From positions 3,776,001 through 3,840,000 of the forward strand of contig OZ245842.1 of assembly GCA_965228895.1 (NCBI GenBank): 64,000 nucleotides of DNA, given 5' to 3'. A program made the position numbers and the translations under genes. The DNA comes from Alphaproteobacteria bacterium (GTDB taxonomy: Bacteria > Pseudomonadota > Alphaproteobacteria > SP197). Below the pieces are notes generated by a model. It was not told where the DNA came from, did no database searches, and worked only from the letters and a program-made list of their open reading frames with translations. Below are positions 24,334 through 33,875 of the stretch, in pieces; the stretch's first letter is position 1; each line of letters opens with the position of its first letter.

Positions 24334-25064
24334 GCGACGCGGGCTTTTCCACCACCGAACTGCTGATCGCCACGCTGGCGCGCCGGCTTCAGGGATCGCG
24401 CCGTGTCGCGGTCGGTGCAGGATCGCCCATCCCAGGCTCGGCCGCCTTCCTGGCACGCGCACTCGGGCTCGGTGTCGAGCACATCACCGTGCTCGGTAGC
24501 CGCCTCAACAACGACTTCTCCGACGGCGGGCGCGAACTCTTCGACCGCGCCGCCCAGGGCCGCATCGATGCGTTCTTTCTGGGCGGCGCTCAGATCGACG
24601 GCAGCGCCAACATCAACCTGGTCGGCGTCGGCGACTATCCCGACAGCACGGTGCGCTTTGCCGGTTCTTTCGGCTCGTCCTATCTCTACTTCCTGATTCC
24701 CAAAATCATCCTGTTTCGCGAGGAGCACAGCCCGCGCACCCTGGTGCCCAAGGTCGACTTCGTCAGCGCGCCCGGGACGACAGCCGCCGGCACCTACCGC
24801 CCCGGCGGCCCGACGGCGCTGGTCACCGGCCGTTGCGTCTTCGCCTTCGATCGCGCTGACGGCCGTTTCACGCTTGAGAGCGTCCATCCCGGGCACGACG
24901 CGGATGAGATCAGGCAGGAAACCGGCTTCACCTATGACGCGCCCGCCGAAGTCGCGATCACCCAAGCGCCCTCGCCTGCCATGCTCACCGCCATACGCGG
25001 CCCGGTGCGCGACCAAATCGCCGAGACCTATCCGGCCTTTGCAGAGACGCTTGGGACGGCTTAG
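24330..25064 (+). CDS. Family I CoA-transferase-like subunit B (GctB-like)
   Basis: 'FLGGAQID..ANIN', 'VDFVSAPG', 'LESVHPG...TGF'. Confidence 0.88.
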   Translation: MSDAGFSTTELLIATLARRLQGSRRVAVGAGSPIPGSAAFLARALGLGVEHITVLGSRLNNDFSDGGRELFDRAAQGRIDAFFLGGAQIDGSANINLVGVGDYPDSTVRFAGSFGSSYLYFLIPKIILFREEHSPRTLVPKVDFVSAPGTTAAGTYRPGGPTALVTGRCVFAFDRADGRFTLESVHPGHDADEIRQETGFTYDAPAEVAITQAPSPAMLTAIRGPVRDQIAETYPAFAETLGTA

Positions 25065-25087
25065 TCTGCGCGGTGTGGGGGAAGCAC

Positions 25088-26002
25088 ATGTCCGCGCTCA
25101 ACGATCGCCTGGATACCGGCGACATTGTCTTTATCGACGGCGGTATGGGAACCGAGCTGGAGCGCCGCGGTGTCGTAATGGACGATCAGGCGTGGGCCGG
25201 TGCGGCGATGCGTGACCACCCCGACGTGATCAAGGACATCCATCGCGACTTCATCGACGCCGGCGCCGATATCATCATCGCCAACACCTATGCCGCCGCA
25301 CCGCACGTGCTGGAACATGCAGGCCTCGCCGGCGAAGCCGGCGCGCTCAACCTGCTGGCCTGCCGGCTGGCACGCGAGGCCGCCGACGAAGCCGGCGTGG
25401 TGCGCGACCTCTATGTCGCCGGGTCGATGTCGAGCTTCCGCGCCGGTCTCGACCTCGACAAACTGCCGTCGGAAAAGGTCGCGCGTGCCAGCTATCATGA
25501 ACAGGCCATGCGGCTGGCGGAAGGCGGCGTCGACTTTCTGATCGCCGAGATGATGCTGGACCCGGTCATCACCGAATACTGTGTCTCGGCCGCCGCCGAG
25601 ACGGGCCTGCCGCTGTGGGTCGGGTTCAGCGCGCGGCTCGGCGATGACGGCCGCGTGCTCGGCTTCCACAAACACGCCGACGACCCCCTGGAAGAAACCG
25701 TCAAGGTCGCGCTGGCGCACAACCCGGAAGCCTGCGGCATCATGCACAGCGATGTGTCAGCCACGGTACCGGCGCTCGACGAACTGAAGAAGCACTGGCA
25801 GGGCACGTTGTTCGCCTATCCCCATTCGGGCGAATTCATCATGCCGCACTGGCAGTTCGATACGGTGATAGCCACGGATGCCTATGTCGAAGAAGCCAAG
25901 CGCTACATCGACATGGGCGTACACGCCATCGGCGGCTGCTGCGGCATGGGCCCCGACCACATCCGCGCGCTGAAAGACGGCCTGCCGGGTTTTGTCGTCT
26001 AA
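25088..26002 (+). CDS. Homocysteine S-methyltransferase family protein
   Basis: 'IDGGMGTEL', 'AGADII.ANTY', 'IGGCCG'. Confidence 0.9.
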   Translation: MSALNDRLDTGDIVFIDGGMGTELERRGVVMDDQAWAGAAMRDHPDVIKDIHRDFIDAGADIIIANTYAAAPHVLEHAGLAGEAGALNLLACRLAREAADEAGVVRDLYVAGSMSSFRAGLDLDKLPSEKVARASYHEQAMRLAEGGVDFLIAEMMLDPVITEYCVSAAAETGLPLWVGFSARLGDDGRVLGFHKHADDPLEETVKVALAHNPEACGIMHSDVSATVPALDELKKHWQGTLFAYPHSGEFIMPHWQFDTVIATDAYVEEAKRYIDMGVHAIGGCCGMGPDHIRALKDGLPGFVV

Positions 26003-26036
26003 TCGTCGCATTGTCATTTCGAAAGCGCTGACGCGC

Positions 26037-26150
26037 ACCCCTCACCCCCGCCCTCTCCCTCAAGGGGAGAGGGAGGCCCGGTTCGCGTTTCCCTCCCCCC
26101 TTGAGGGAGAGGGCGGGGCCCGTCGCGCTAGCGAGGGGAGGGTGAGGGGT
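26037..26150. repeat. REP/RIME-like palindromic element between convergent genes
   Basis: Terminal IR ACCCCTCACCC/GGGTGAGGGGT with internal CCCTCTCCC/GGGAGAGGG hairpins. Confidence 0.8.
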
Positions 26151-26161
26151 TTTCTCACCTG

Positions 26162-27367
26162 CTACCGCGTCTCGCGCCGCCGCCTGAAGTAGGCCACCAG
26201 CGGCAGTGGCAAGAACGCCAGATAAAAGAGCGCGACGACAAAGGGCAGACCGTGGGGATTCCACAGGTCGATGGCGATACCGGAGATTGCCGGGCCCATG
26301 AAAGAGCCGATGCCGAACATAAAGCCGAAGACGGCGGTGGCCGAGGGCAGGTCGGCGCCGCGGAAACGCTCGCCCAGCAGCATGACAGCCAGCCCGTAGT
26401 GGCCGGCACGCAGGCCGCCGAAGATCATCAGATAGATCGGCGCCAGGATGATGCCCATCTCGGTGATCCAGGGCAGCGCCAGCGTCGCGACGGCGCCCAG
26501 GCCGACAAACCAGGCCAGCAGCAGCGTGCGGTTCATGCGGTCGGCGAGGTAGCCGATCAGGAGCGGCATGATGACGCCGCCCCAGCCCATCCAGCCGACC
26601 ATGCGCGCCGCCGGCCCCTCCTCCATCGCCAGGCGCAGGCCATAGACCGCCAGCAGCAGCATCAACGAGCTGGCGATCATGGCGAAGAACAGGTTGGAGA
26701 ACATCGGCACCGGCGCCAGGCGGACATATTGCGGTAGCCGCACCGACGGCCGCCCGGCGGCGTCGATTCGGTCCCCCAGACTCGCGAATAGCGGCACGAT
26801 GATAATCGCGATGATGCCGGTGGCGGCAACAAACGGCATCATGCCGATCGAGCCGACTTCGGCCTGCAGAAACGGTCCCACCGCGAAACCGGCGGCGATG
26901 GCGCTGATGAAGAAGCTGATCGTACGACCCCGGCTCTTGTCGTCGCTGGCGTGGTTGACCCAGGTCTCGCCGGTCGTCCACATGATCGATTGCGCCATGC
27001 CCATGATGAAGCGCAGCGGAAACCACACCCACACATTGACAAAGACGCCCATCGCCAGGATTGAGGCCAGCGCCAGCACCGCGCCGATCATCATCATGCG
27101 TGCCGGACCCAGACGGCGCATCGCCCACGGCAGAATGGGAATGATGGCGAGGATGCCGAGCATCTGCACCGACCCATTGAAGCCGATCAGAGAACCGCTG
27201 ACGCCCTGATCTTCCAGCACGATCGACAGCAACGGACCGGTATAGCCATAGAACATCGCCATGCCGGTCATGCTGGCGATCACCACGATCAGACTGCGCC
27301 GGCGCGCACCGGCGCTCAGCGCAGGCCCGGTCCCTTCCGATGGCGCATCGGCGTCTGGCGCGGTCAA
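26162..27367 (-). CDS. MFS transporter
   Basis: ~12 TM segments, 'GYLADRMNR', 'ETWVN...RGR'. Confidence 0.9.
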   Translation of the reverse strand: MTAPDADAPSEGTGPALSAGARRRSLIVVIASMTGMAMFYGYTGPLLSIVLEDQGVSGSLIGFNGSVQMLGILAIIPILPWAMRRLGPARMMMIGAVLALASILAMGVFVNVWVWFPLRFIMGMAQSIMWTTGETWVNHASDDKSRGRTISFFISAIAAGFAVGPFLQAEVGSIGMMPFVAATGIIAIIIVPLFASLGDRIDAAGRPSVRLPQYVRLAPVPMFSNLFFAMIASSLMLLLAVYGLRLAMEEGPAARMVGWMGWGGVIMPLLIGYLADRMNRTLLLAWFVGLGAVATLALPWITEMGIILAPIYLMIFGGLRAGHYGLAVMLLGERFRGADLPSATAVFGFMFGIGSFMGPAISGIAIDLWNPHGLPFVVALFYLAFLPLPLVAYFRRRRETR

Positions 27368-27517
27368 GGTCGATCACCTCTGGTGGTTTCGAGGGTGGGC
27401 AGCGGCGGATGCCGCGCCTGCATTCGTGATCGCATCGGCGCAGAAGGCCGAACCGGAATCGCTTAGCACGATCCGGCGCCGCGGTGTTGTGAAATTGCGC
27501 GAAGGAAGAAGGCCCGG

Positions 27518-28531
27518 TCAGACGGCCTCTGCACCCCGCGTGCCGAAACGTTTGCGATAGTCGACCGGCGCAATGCCGGTTTGGCGCACAAAGGCGCGGC
27601 GCATGCGCTCGTCATCCTGAAACCCGCTTTGCCGCGCGACCTCCGCGATGGCGGTCGCCTCCGCGATCAGGAGTCGTTTGGCCGCTTCGACGCGCATCGC
27701 CTCGACCGCCTTGGCGGGCGTCACGCCGAAGCGCTGGCGGTAGACGCGCGCGAAGTTGCGCGGGCTCATGCCGGCCTTGTCGGCCAGGTTCTCGACCCGC
27801 AGATCGCCGGCGATGTTGTCGCGCATCCACACGTGCAAACCGTTGAGGGTGTCGGTGGGGTCGGCGGCCTGGGCGGCGAGCGTTTCGGAGAATTGCGACT
27901 GGCCGCCGGGCCGCTTCAGATAGACCACCAGCCGGCGGGCCACTTCCAACGCGAGGTCGTGGCCGAAATCCTCCTCGACCATGGCAAGCGCCATGTCGAT
28001 GCCGGCGGTAACGCCGGCCGACGTCCAGACATCGCCGTCGCGCACGAAGATTGCGTCTTCCTCGATGTCGAGATCGGGGTGTTCGTGCTTAAGCCGCTCG
28101 CACCAGTGCCAGTGGGTAACGACGCGGCGCCCCTTCAGCAAGCCCGCCGCCGCCGGCAGGAACGTCCCCATACAGGTCGTGCCGAACCGTCGCGCGCGCG
28201 GACCTTCACGCGTTATCCAGTCGAGCATCGCGGGGTCTTTTGCCGCGTCGAAGACGCCGAAACCGCCGGCAATCAACAGCGTGTCGATCGGTTCGGCGCT
28301 CGCCTCCTCCAGCGTCACCGACCCCAGCGAGACGCCGCCATCGGCCTCGATCAGGCCGCCGTCCTTCGACGCAATGGTGATGCGATAGCCGGTCGGCCCG
28401 CCGTCATAGGGCCGGGCCGCCGTGCTGAACACCTCGGCCGGGCCGGTGGCGTCGAGCAAGGTCACCTCCGGATAGACGACAATGACCACCCGCCGGACCT
28501 CGCCGCTTACTTTGGCAGGAAATGAGGACAT
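27518..28531 (-). CDS. GlxA-family AraC regulator (DJ-1/PfpI + HTH)
   Basis: 'LLDATGPAEVF', 'WTSAGVTAGID', 'RPGGQSQFS', 'MSPRNFAR'; only the C-terminal part of the 777-aa ORF. Confidence 0.92.
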   Translation of the reverse strand: MSSFPAKVSGEVRRVVIVVYPEVTLLDATGPAEVFSTAARPYDGGPTGYRITIASKDGGLIEADGGVSLGSVTLEEASAEPIDTLLIAGGFGVFDAAKDPAMLDWITREGPRARRFGTTCMGTFLPAAAGLLKGRRVVTHWHWCERLKHEHPDLDIEEDAIFVRDGDVWTSAGVTAGIDMALAMVEEDFGHDLALEVARRLVVYLKRPGGQSQFSETLAAQAADPTDTLNGLHVWMRDNIAGDLRVENLADKAGMSPRNFARVYRQRFGVTPAKAVEAMRVEAAKRLLIAEATAIAEVARQSGFQDDERMRRAFVRQTGIAPVDYRKRFGTRGAEAV

Positions 28532-28645
28532 AATGTCATTTATGCCATGGCCAGGTCCGATGTACCAGTCTTGCCCGGCCCGTCTTGTCATGGTGGCAAG
28601 ATTTCTCTCCTTCGGCGCGCGATTTGGCGCAGGATGCGGATCGTT

Positions 28646-29875
28646 ATGACAGCACAGCACGCCCCCTCTCGTTTCCTGCCCTGGCTGGTCGTCGGGTTCG
28701 GCTTCCTGGTGCTGGCCGTCGGCTATTCCGGCCGCGCGACGCTTGGACTGGTCATGCCGACGCTGGAAGAAGAGATGGGCTGGACGCGGACGTTCCTCTC
28801 CAGCATCGCCGCGGCGTCTTTGGTGGTGATGGCGGTTCTGGCGCCGCTCGCCGGCCGCCTGGTCGACCGCAAGGGGCCGCGCATGGTGCTGGTCGTCGGC
28901 ATGGTCGCGGTCGGCATCGGCTCCATCGCAGTGGGCATCAGCGAGGGGCCGATCATCTTTGTCATCGCGTTCGCCGGTATCTTCGCCATCGGTCAGGGCA
29001 TTGCGGCGATGCACGTGGTCTCGACCTCGATCGCCCAGACCGTCAAACAGCATGTCGGTCTTGCCACCGGTATCGCCACATCCGGTGCGACGGCCGGTCA
29101 GATCCTTTTCGTACCGCTTGTCGCCGCCATCCTGGTCATTGCCGACTGGCGCGCCTGTTTCATCGCCATCGGCATCATTTGCCTGATCCTGGTGCCGTTC
29201 CTGTGGCGCTACATGCCGGCGGGCCTGAACGACGGCAACGCTGAAAGCGAAACCAACGCGCCGTCGTTGGGCAGCGATCTCGGCTACATCATCCGTCGGC
29301 CGGCGTTCCATATCCTGTTCTGGAGTTTCTTTATCTGCGGCTACACGACGACCGGCGTGATTGAGACTCACTTCCTGCCGTTCGCCTCGTTCTGTGGCTT
29401 CGGACCGGTGCCCAGTGCGACGGCCTTCGGCATCCTGTCGGCGGTCAACCTGGCGGGCATGGTGCTGGCCGGCTGGCTGACCGACCGTATGAACCGCCCG
29501 CTGCTGCTGGGTATGATCTACATCATCCGCGGCTTTTCTTTTCTGCTGCTCCTCGACATGGGCGCCGACTACACCACGCTCATTTTGTTCGCCGTCCTGT
29601 TCGGCACCGTCGACTATTCGACCGTGCCGGTGACGGCAAGCCTGGTCGAAAGCCATATCGGCCTGCATGTCATGGGCTTGTCCATGGGCCTGATTTCGGG
29701 CGGCCACGCCATCGGCGCGGCGCTCGGCGCCTTCATGGGCGGCTACCTGTTCGATCTTTACGCCCAGTACGAATGGGTCTGGCTCAGCTCCCTGGCACTC
29801 GCCGTGTTCGCCGGTCTGATGGTCTTCATCATCCGCGACCGTCCGCCGCAACTGGCCCCTCAGCCGGCTACCTGA
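28646..29875 (+). CDS. MFS transporter
   Basis: 'AGRLVDRKGPR', 'SFFICG', 'GWLTDRM'. Confidence 0.92.
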   Translation: MTAQHAPSRFLPWLVVGFGFLVLAVGYSGRATLGLVMPTLEEEMGWTRTFLSSIAAASLVVMAVLAPLAGRLVDRKGPRMVLVVGMVAVGIGSIAVGISEGPIIFVIAFAGIFAIGQGIAAMHVVSTSIAQTVKQHVGLATGIATSGATAGQILFVPLVAAILVIADWRACFIAIGIICLILVPFLWRYMPAGLNDGNAESETNAPSLGSDLGYIIRRPAFHILFWSFFICGYTTTGVIETHFLPFASFCGFGPVPSATAFGILSAVNLAGMVLAGWLTDRMNRPLLLGMIYIIRGFSFLLLLDMGADYTTLILFAVLFGTVDYSTVPVTASLVESHIGLHVMGLSMGLISGGHAIGAALGAFMGGYLFDLYAQYEWVWLSSLALAVFAGLMVFIIRDRPPQLAPQPAT

Positions 29876-30467
29876 CCGCGAGCCCTTCGATCACGGTCTC
29901 CAGCATGACATCCGCGTCGCGCGGGCCGAGTGAGCCGTGGCCCATGAGGAGACGGTAGAAGAGCGCGCCATAGATGAGATCGAGTGCGACCTCCAGGTCG
30001 ACATCGTCGCGCAGGTCGCCGGCAGCAACGGCCGCCTGAAGATAGGCGCGGCCCTCGTCGCGGCGCGCCTGGATGAAGTGGTTGCGGAACGCCTTGGCGA
30101 CCTCGGTATCCGAATCGGCGGACGCCAGGATCGAGGTCACGCCGCGCCCCAGCGCCGAGCCGAACAGCTTGGCGACTTGACGCAGTTGCTGTTTCAGGGC
30201 GCGCAGCGGATCCTGCGCTCGCGGCTTGGCCGCGGATGGTCCCGCAGCCTCCATCAACGCCGTCATCGCGACCTCGTAGCGGTTCGCCCAGTAGCGATAG
30301 ATCGTCGGCTTGCCGACGCCGGCGCGATGCGCGATGCCTTCCATGGTAACGGCTGTCAGGCCGCCCTCTTCCATCAGCGCACGTGTCGCCGACAGAATCG
30401 CGCGCCGCGCCTTCGCGCTTCGTGGCCTGCCCCGTTCACGCACGACCCCCGCCTGCGTCGACACCAT
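29868..30467 (-). CDS. TetR-family regulator
   Basis: 'RGRPRS', 'TMEGIAHRAGVGKPTIYRYW'. Confidence 0.93.
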   Translation of the reverse strand: MVSTQAGVVRERGRPRSAKARRAILSATRALMEEGGLTAVTMEGIAHRAGVGKPTIYRYWANRYEVAMTALMEAAGPSAAKPRAQDPLRALKQQLRQVAKLFGSALGRGVTSILASADSDTEVAKAFRNHFIQARRDEGRAYLQAAVAAGDLRDDVDLEVALDLIYGALFYRLLMGHGSLGPRDADVMLETVIEGLAVR

Positions 30468-30485
30468 GTTGACAACCTCATCTGA

Positions 30486-30508
30486 TTACGTAACGATACG
30501 TAACGTAA
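30486..30508. promoter_or_regulatory. Imperfect palindrome TTACGTAACGATACGTAACGTAA, putative TetR operator
   Basis: 18/23 symmetric; between divergent TetR and VOC genes. Confidence 0.6.
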
Positions 30509-30539
30509 ATAATTATAGCTGGTTCTCGGGAGCAACGCC

Positions 30540-30986
30540 ATGTCTTCATCATCGGCACTGTCGCCTCACCTGGCGGTCAAGGATGCCGCCGCCGCGATGG
30601 ATTTCTATCAGCGCGCACTGGGCGCCACCGAGCGGTTTCGTCTCACCGACGCATCCGGTACGGTCAGCCATGCGGAGATGGCGGTGAACGGCGCCGTCTT
30701 CATGCTGGCCGACGAGCACCCGGACTTCGGCGCTCTCTCGCCCCACACCATCGGCGGCTCACCGATCAAGCTGCATTTGACAGTCGACGATGTGGACGCC
30801 GCCGCGGCGCAGGCGGAAGACGCCGGCGCCACAATCCTGCGCGCGCCCAAGGACGAGTTTTATGGCGAACGGGTCGCGCAGATCGCCGACCCCTATGGCT
30901 ATACTTGGTTTCTGGCCTGCCAAATCGAAGACGTTGCGCCCGACGAGGTGCAGCGGCGTTGGAGCGAGGCGATGAACGGCAACTGA
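30540..30986 (+). CDS. VOC/glyoxalase (PhnB-like) protein
   Basis: 'AAMDFYQRALGA', 'HAEM', 'FYGER...DPYG'. Confidence 0.92.
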   Translation: MSSSSALSPHLAVKDAAAAMDFYQRALGATERFRLTDASGTVSHAEMAVNGAVFMLADEHPDFGALSPHTIGGSPIKLHLTVDDVDAAAAQAEDAGATILRAPKDEFYGERVAQIADPYGYTWFLACQIEDVAPDEVQRRWSEAMNGN

Positions 30987-31056
30987 TTGACGTCAGCCGG
31001 AATTGCGCGCCCACTCAGGGTCCGATTGCCCCTCTTGCAACAAAGGAGGTCGGTCC

Positions 31057-31506
31057 ATGGGCGACTTTCTGCGGTCGATGCTGAACGCCACACTCGTTCT
31101 GGTTATCATCTGTGCCGGGCTTCTGGTCTGGTTGGTCTATAAGGTCGACGCCGTTTCCAGCAGTGTCGCGGCCGACGTCGACATGCGCCTTGTCGAGGCG
31201 GTCGAGGCCGATGTCCGCGACGCCATCGACGAGATTCACGGGCTGCGCGATGACCTCAAGACCATGAACGAGCAGGTCGACGCCATGCTCGCCGATCCAG
31301 ACTCGCTGGTGACGCCGGAAATGCGCCGGGAACTCGAAGAAATCAACGCCTATGCCGACGAGATCGACCAAAAGCTCGACGAGCTCACCGCGCTCGACCA
31401 GGAACTCTCCGATCAGCAGATCCGCGAGATCGGCAAGTCGCTCGCCGAGGTCATTGTCGAAGCCCGAGGCTGCCGCGCCGAGAGCGACACAGCAGCCGGC
31501 TCATGA
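31057..31506 (+). CDS. Hypothetical membrane-anchored coiled-coil protein
   Basis: AAGGAGGT RBS, N-terminal TM, acidic heptad-rich body. Confidence 0.8.
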   Translation: MGDFLRSMLNATLVLVIICAGLLVWLVYKVDAVSSSVAADVDMRLVEAVEADVRDAIDEIHGLRDDLKTMNEQVDAMLADPDSLVTPEMRRELEEINAYADEIDQKLDELTALDQELSDQQIREIGKSLAEVIVEARGCRAESDTAAGS

Positions 31507-31623
31507 ACCGCCACCAACTCTCGAGAGAACCGCGCATCGACCTTTCGCGATAGACGGGCTTGCGACGGCATGCCAGGGTCGCGCCACATCGACAGAGCGC
31601 TTCATTTGATCGGGTCTAATGCC

Positions 31624-32613
31624 ATGCGTCTTATCGCTCTCGCCTTCGCCCTGTTCGTGGGGTCGACGCCCGCGCTCGCCGACACTCTCATCGTATGCAA
31701 CAAGTATGAGGGGACCGTCAGTTTCATCGATCTGGATTCCGGCGAGGAGGTCGCCCGCCGCGAAACGGGTCCGTCGCCCCACGAGGTCGCACTGTCGCCG
31801 GACGGCACACGGGCGGTCGTCGTGTCATACCTGGAGGACGGCTATGTCGGCCGCGAGCTCAACGTCTTTGAAATCGCGACCGCTGAACGCGTCCAGACGA
31901 TCCCGCTCGTCAACCACCTGGCGCCGCACGGCATCAAGTGGATCGGCGACACACAGAGCGTCATCGTCACCACCGAAGAGACACGCGATGTGATTAAGGT
32001 CGATGTCGAAGAGGGCGCGGTCACGGCCGCCGTGGCGACCGACCAGATCGGCTCGCACTTGCTGGCGCTGTCGCCGGATTCCACCACCGCCTATGTCACA
32101 AGCCGAGGTTCCGACACCTTCAGCGTCATTGATGTGGCACCGATGACACTGGTCGCGACGATCGAGGCCGGCACCGGACCGGAAGGCGTCGATGTCAGCC
32201 CGGACGGCGCCGAACTATGGGTCGGCAACAATCAGTCGGAGAACATCATGATCTTCGACACCGGCTCGCTGGAACAGACGGCCGTGATCGACGTCGGTTT
32301 CCTGCCCATCCGCGTGCTGTTCCAGCCCGATGGCAAGGTGGTTGCGGTGGCCGACTTGCGTGGCGATCGTATCGTGCTGCTCGCCGCCGCGACCCATGAC
32401 GAAATCGCGGCGGTCGACCTCAACCCGGTCAAGGCTTACGCCCCTGCCTCGCTCCTGTTTTCGCCGGACGGCGCATTCCTGTATGCCGGCGCCCAGGACG
32501 GTGCCATGGTCACCGAGATCGACACGGCCACGTGGCAAATCACACGCACCTTCGAAGCCGGCGCGGGCTCCGACGGCATGGCGATCAGCCCGGTTAAGGC
32601 GGAGACGTCTTAA
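31624..32613 (+). CDS. Secreted YVTN/YncE-type beta-propeller
   Basis: Signal peptide, repeated 'SPDG', 'PHEV/PHGI/PEGV' blades. Confidence 0.88.
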   Translation: MRLIALAFALFVGSTPALADTLIVCNKYEGTVSFIDLDSGEEVARRETGPSPHEVALSPDGTRAVVVSYLEDGYVGRELNVFEIATAERVQTIPLVNHLAPHGIKWIGDTQSVIVTTEETRDVIKVDVEEGAVTAAVATDQIGSHLLALSPDSTTAYVTSRGSDTFSVIDVAPMTLVATIEAGTGPEGVDVSPDGAELWVGNNQSENIMIFDTGSLEQTAVIDVGFLPIRVLFQPDGKVVAVADLRGDRIVLLAAATHDEIAAVDLNPVKAYAPASLLFSPDGAFLYAGAQDGAMVTEIDTATWQITRTFEAGAGSDGMAISPVKAETS

Positions 32614-33860
32614 CCGACCGCGATCAGCTCCCGCGGCGTATTCGACAAGACCTTCGTGCCTGTCTTGCCATAGATCAGCGTGTCGATCAGATCGGTTTTG
32701 AACAGGCTCTCGAAGTTTGTCACCATGTTCTCCTCGAACACGCGGTCGAGATACTTGTCGTCGCCCAGGTGGAAGTAGAAGTCGCCGACCCAGTCCGGCG
32801 GCAGGGACCAGCCGAGTTCGTAACCGAGACCCCAGCCTTCGGTCTCCGTCCAGATGCCGACGTCTTCGTAGTAAGCGCGCAGGCGCTTGATGACCTCGGC
32901 GACGGTCATGCCGGCCTTGACGTCGGTCTTGATGACGTCAAACACGCCGGCCGACTTCTTGTACTGCTCGACCAGGCTTGGCGGTGGGTTGTCGCCGACG
33001 AAGTAACCGCGCAACGCGTTCGCATGATAGCGATTGAAGACGCCGCACAGATCGGCGGTCAGGATCTCGCCCGCCTCGATCACCTTGCGCGAGGCCAGCG
33101 CATGACCGTTCGACATCGGCACCTCGCCCGCCATGGGCGACGTGTTGAAGATCGGTATGAGCGCCGAGAACTCGCCGCCCGCCTCCATCATCGCGCCCAT
33201 CACCTTGCCGAACAGCGCGAGCTCCGTGATGCCGGGCTTGAGGTTGTCCATGATCGCCTGATGGCCGATGTCGCAGACTTCCATCGCTTTCTCGACATAG
33301 GCCAGTTCCTGCGGCGACTTTTGCCGGCGCGCGCGGCGCACCATCTCGCTCATGTCGGCGACCCGGCAGCCATGGGTCAGAAAGGCGCCTTCGAACATCG
33401 TGCTGATGGCGCGGTTCGGCAGGTAGCTCCAGAACTCCATGCCGACGGTGCCTTCAAGCCAGCCCTCTTTCTTCAACGCGTCCATGGTGTAGCGGATGTT
33501 AGGCTCGGCCTCGCGGTCCGGCGTATAGCGGTTGTCCTTCGAAACGGACGTGCGCGCCAGCACCGGTTCCTCGGTCGGGTTATCGAAGTGGATATAGCGG
33601 CCCGACGCCACGTGGACGGCGGTGCCGTAACACTGGGGGTAGCGCATCGGCGCCTGGCCCTTGTACCAGGAGGCCGTGAAACCGTGGATCCAGGCGACGC
33701 CCTCGGGCGATGTCACCCACAGCAGATCGAGCCCCTCCTCCTTCGCCATCGCGATCAGCTTGTCGAGCCTTGCCTGATACTCCTCCTCGGTAAACGGCAG
33801 CTCGACCGGCGCCATCTTCGAGGCGTCAAAATGGCCCGGCTGCAAGCCGACATTGGTCAT
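32610..33860 (-). CDS. M24-fold creatinase/ectoine-hydrolase-like amidohydrolase
   Basis: 'FTEEEYQARL', 'KSPQELAY', 'GYELG'. Confidence 0.85.
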   Translation of the reverse strand: MTNVGLQPGHFDASKMAPVELPFTEEEYQARLDKLIAMAKEEGLDLLWVTSPEGVAWIHGFTASWYKGQAPMRYPQCYGTAVHVASGRYIHFDNPTEEPVLARTSVSKDNRYTPDREAEPNIRYTMDALKKEGWLEGTVGMEFWSYLPNRAISTMFEGAFLTHGCRVADMSEMVRRARRQKSPQELAYVEKAMEVCDIGHQAIMDNLKPGITELALFGKVMGAMMEAGGEFSALIPIFNTSPMAGEVPMSNGHALASRKVIEAGEILTADLCGVFNRYHANALRGYFVGDNPPPSLVEQYKKSAGVFDVIKTDVKAGMTVAEVIKRLRAYYEDVGIWTETEGWGLGYELGWSLPPDWVGDFYFHLGDDKYLDRVFEENMVTNFESLFKTDLIDTLIYGKTGTKVLSNTPRELIAVG

Positions 33861-33875
33861 GGGGTCCCCCTTGGG

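Noticed and set aside
28532-29851. 777-aa ORF suggesting a long N-terminal fusion to the GlxA regulator
   Set aside because: The extension is the antisense shadow of the MFS gene; the real start is near 28531
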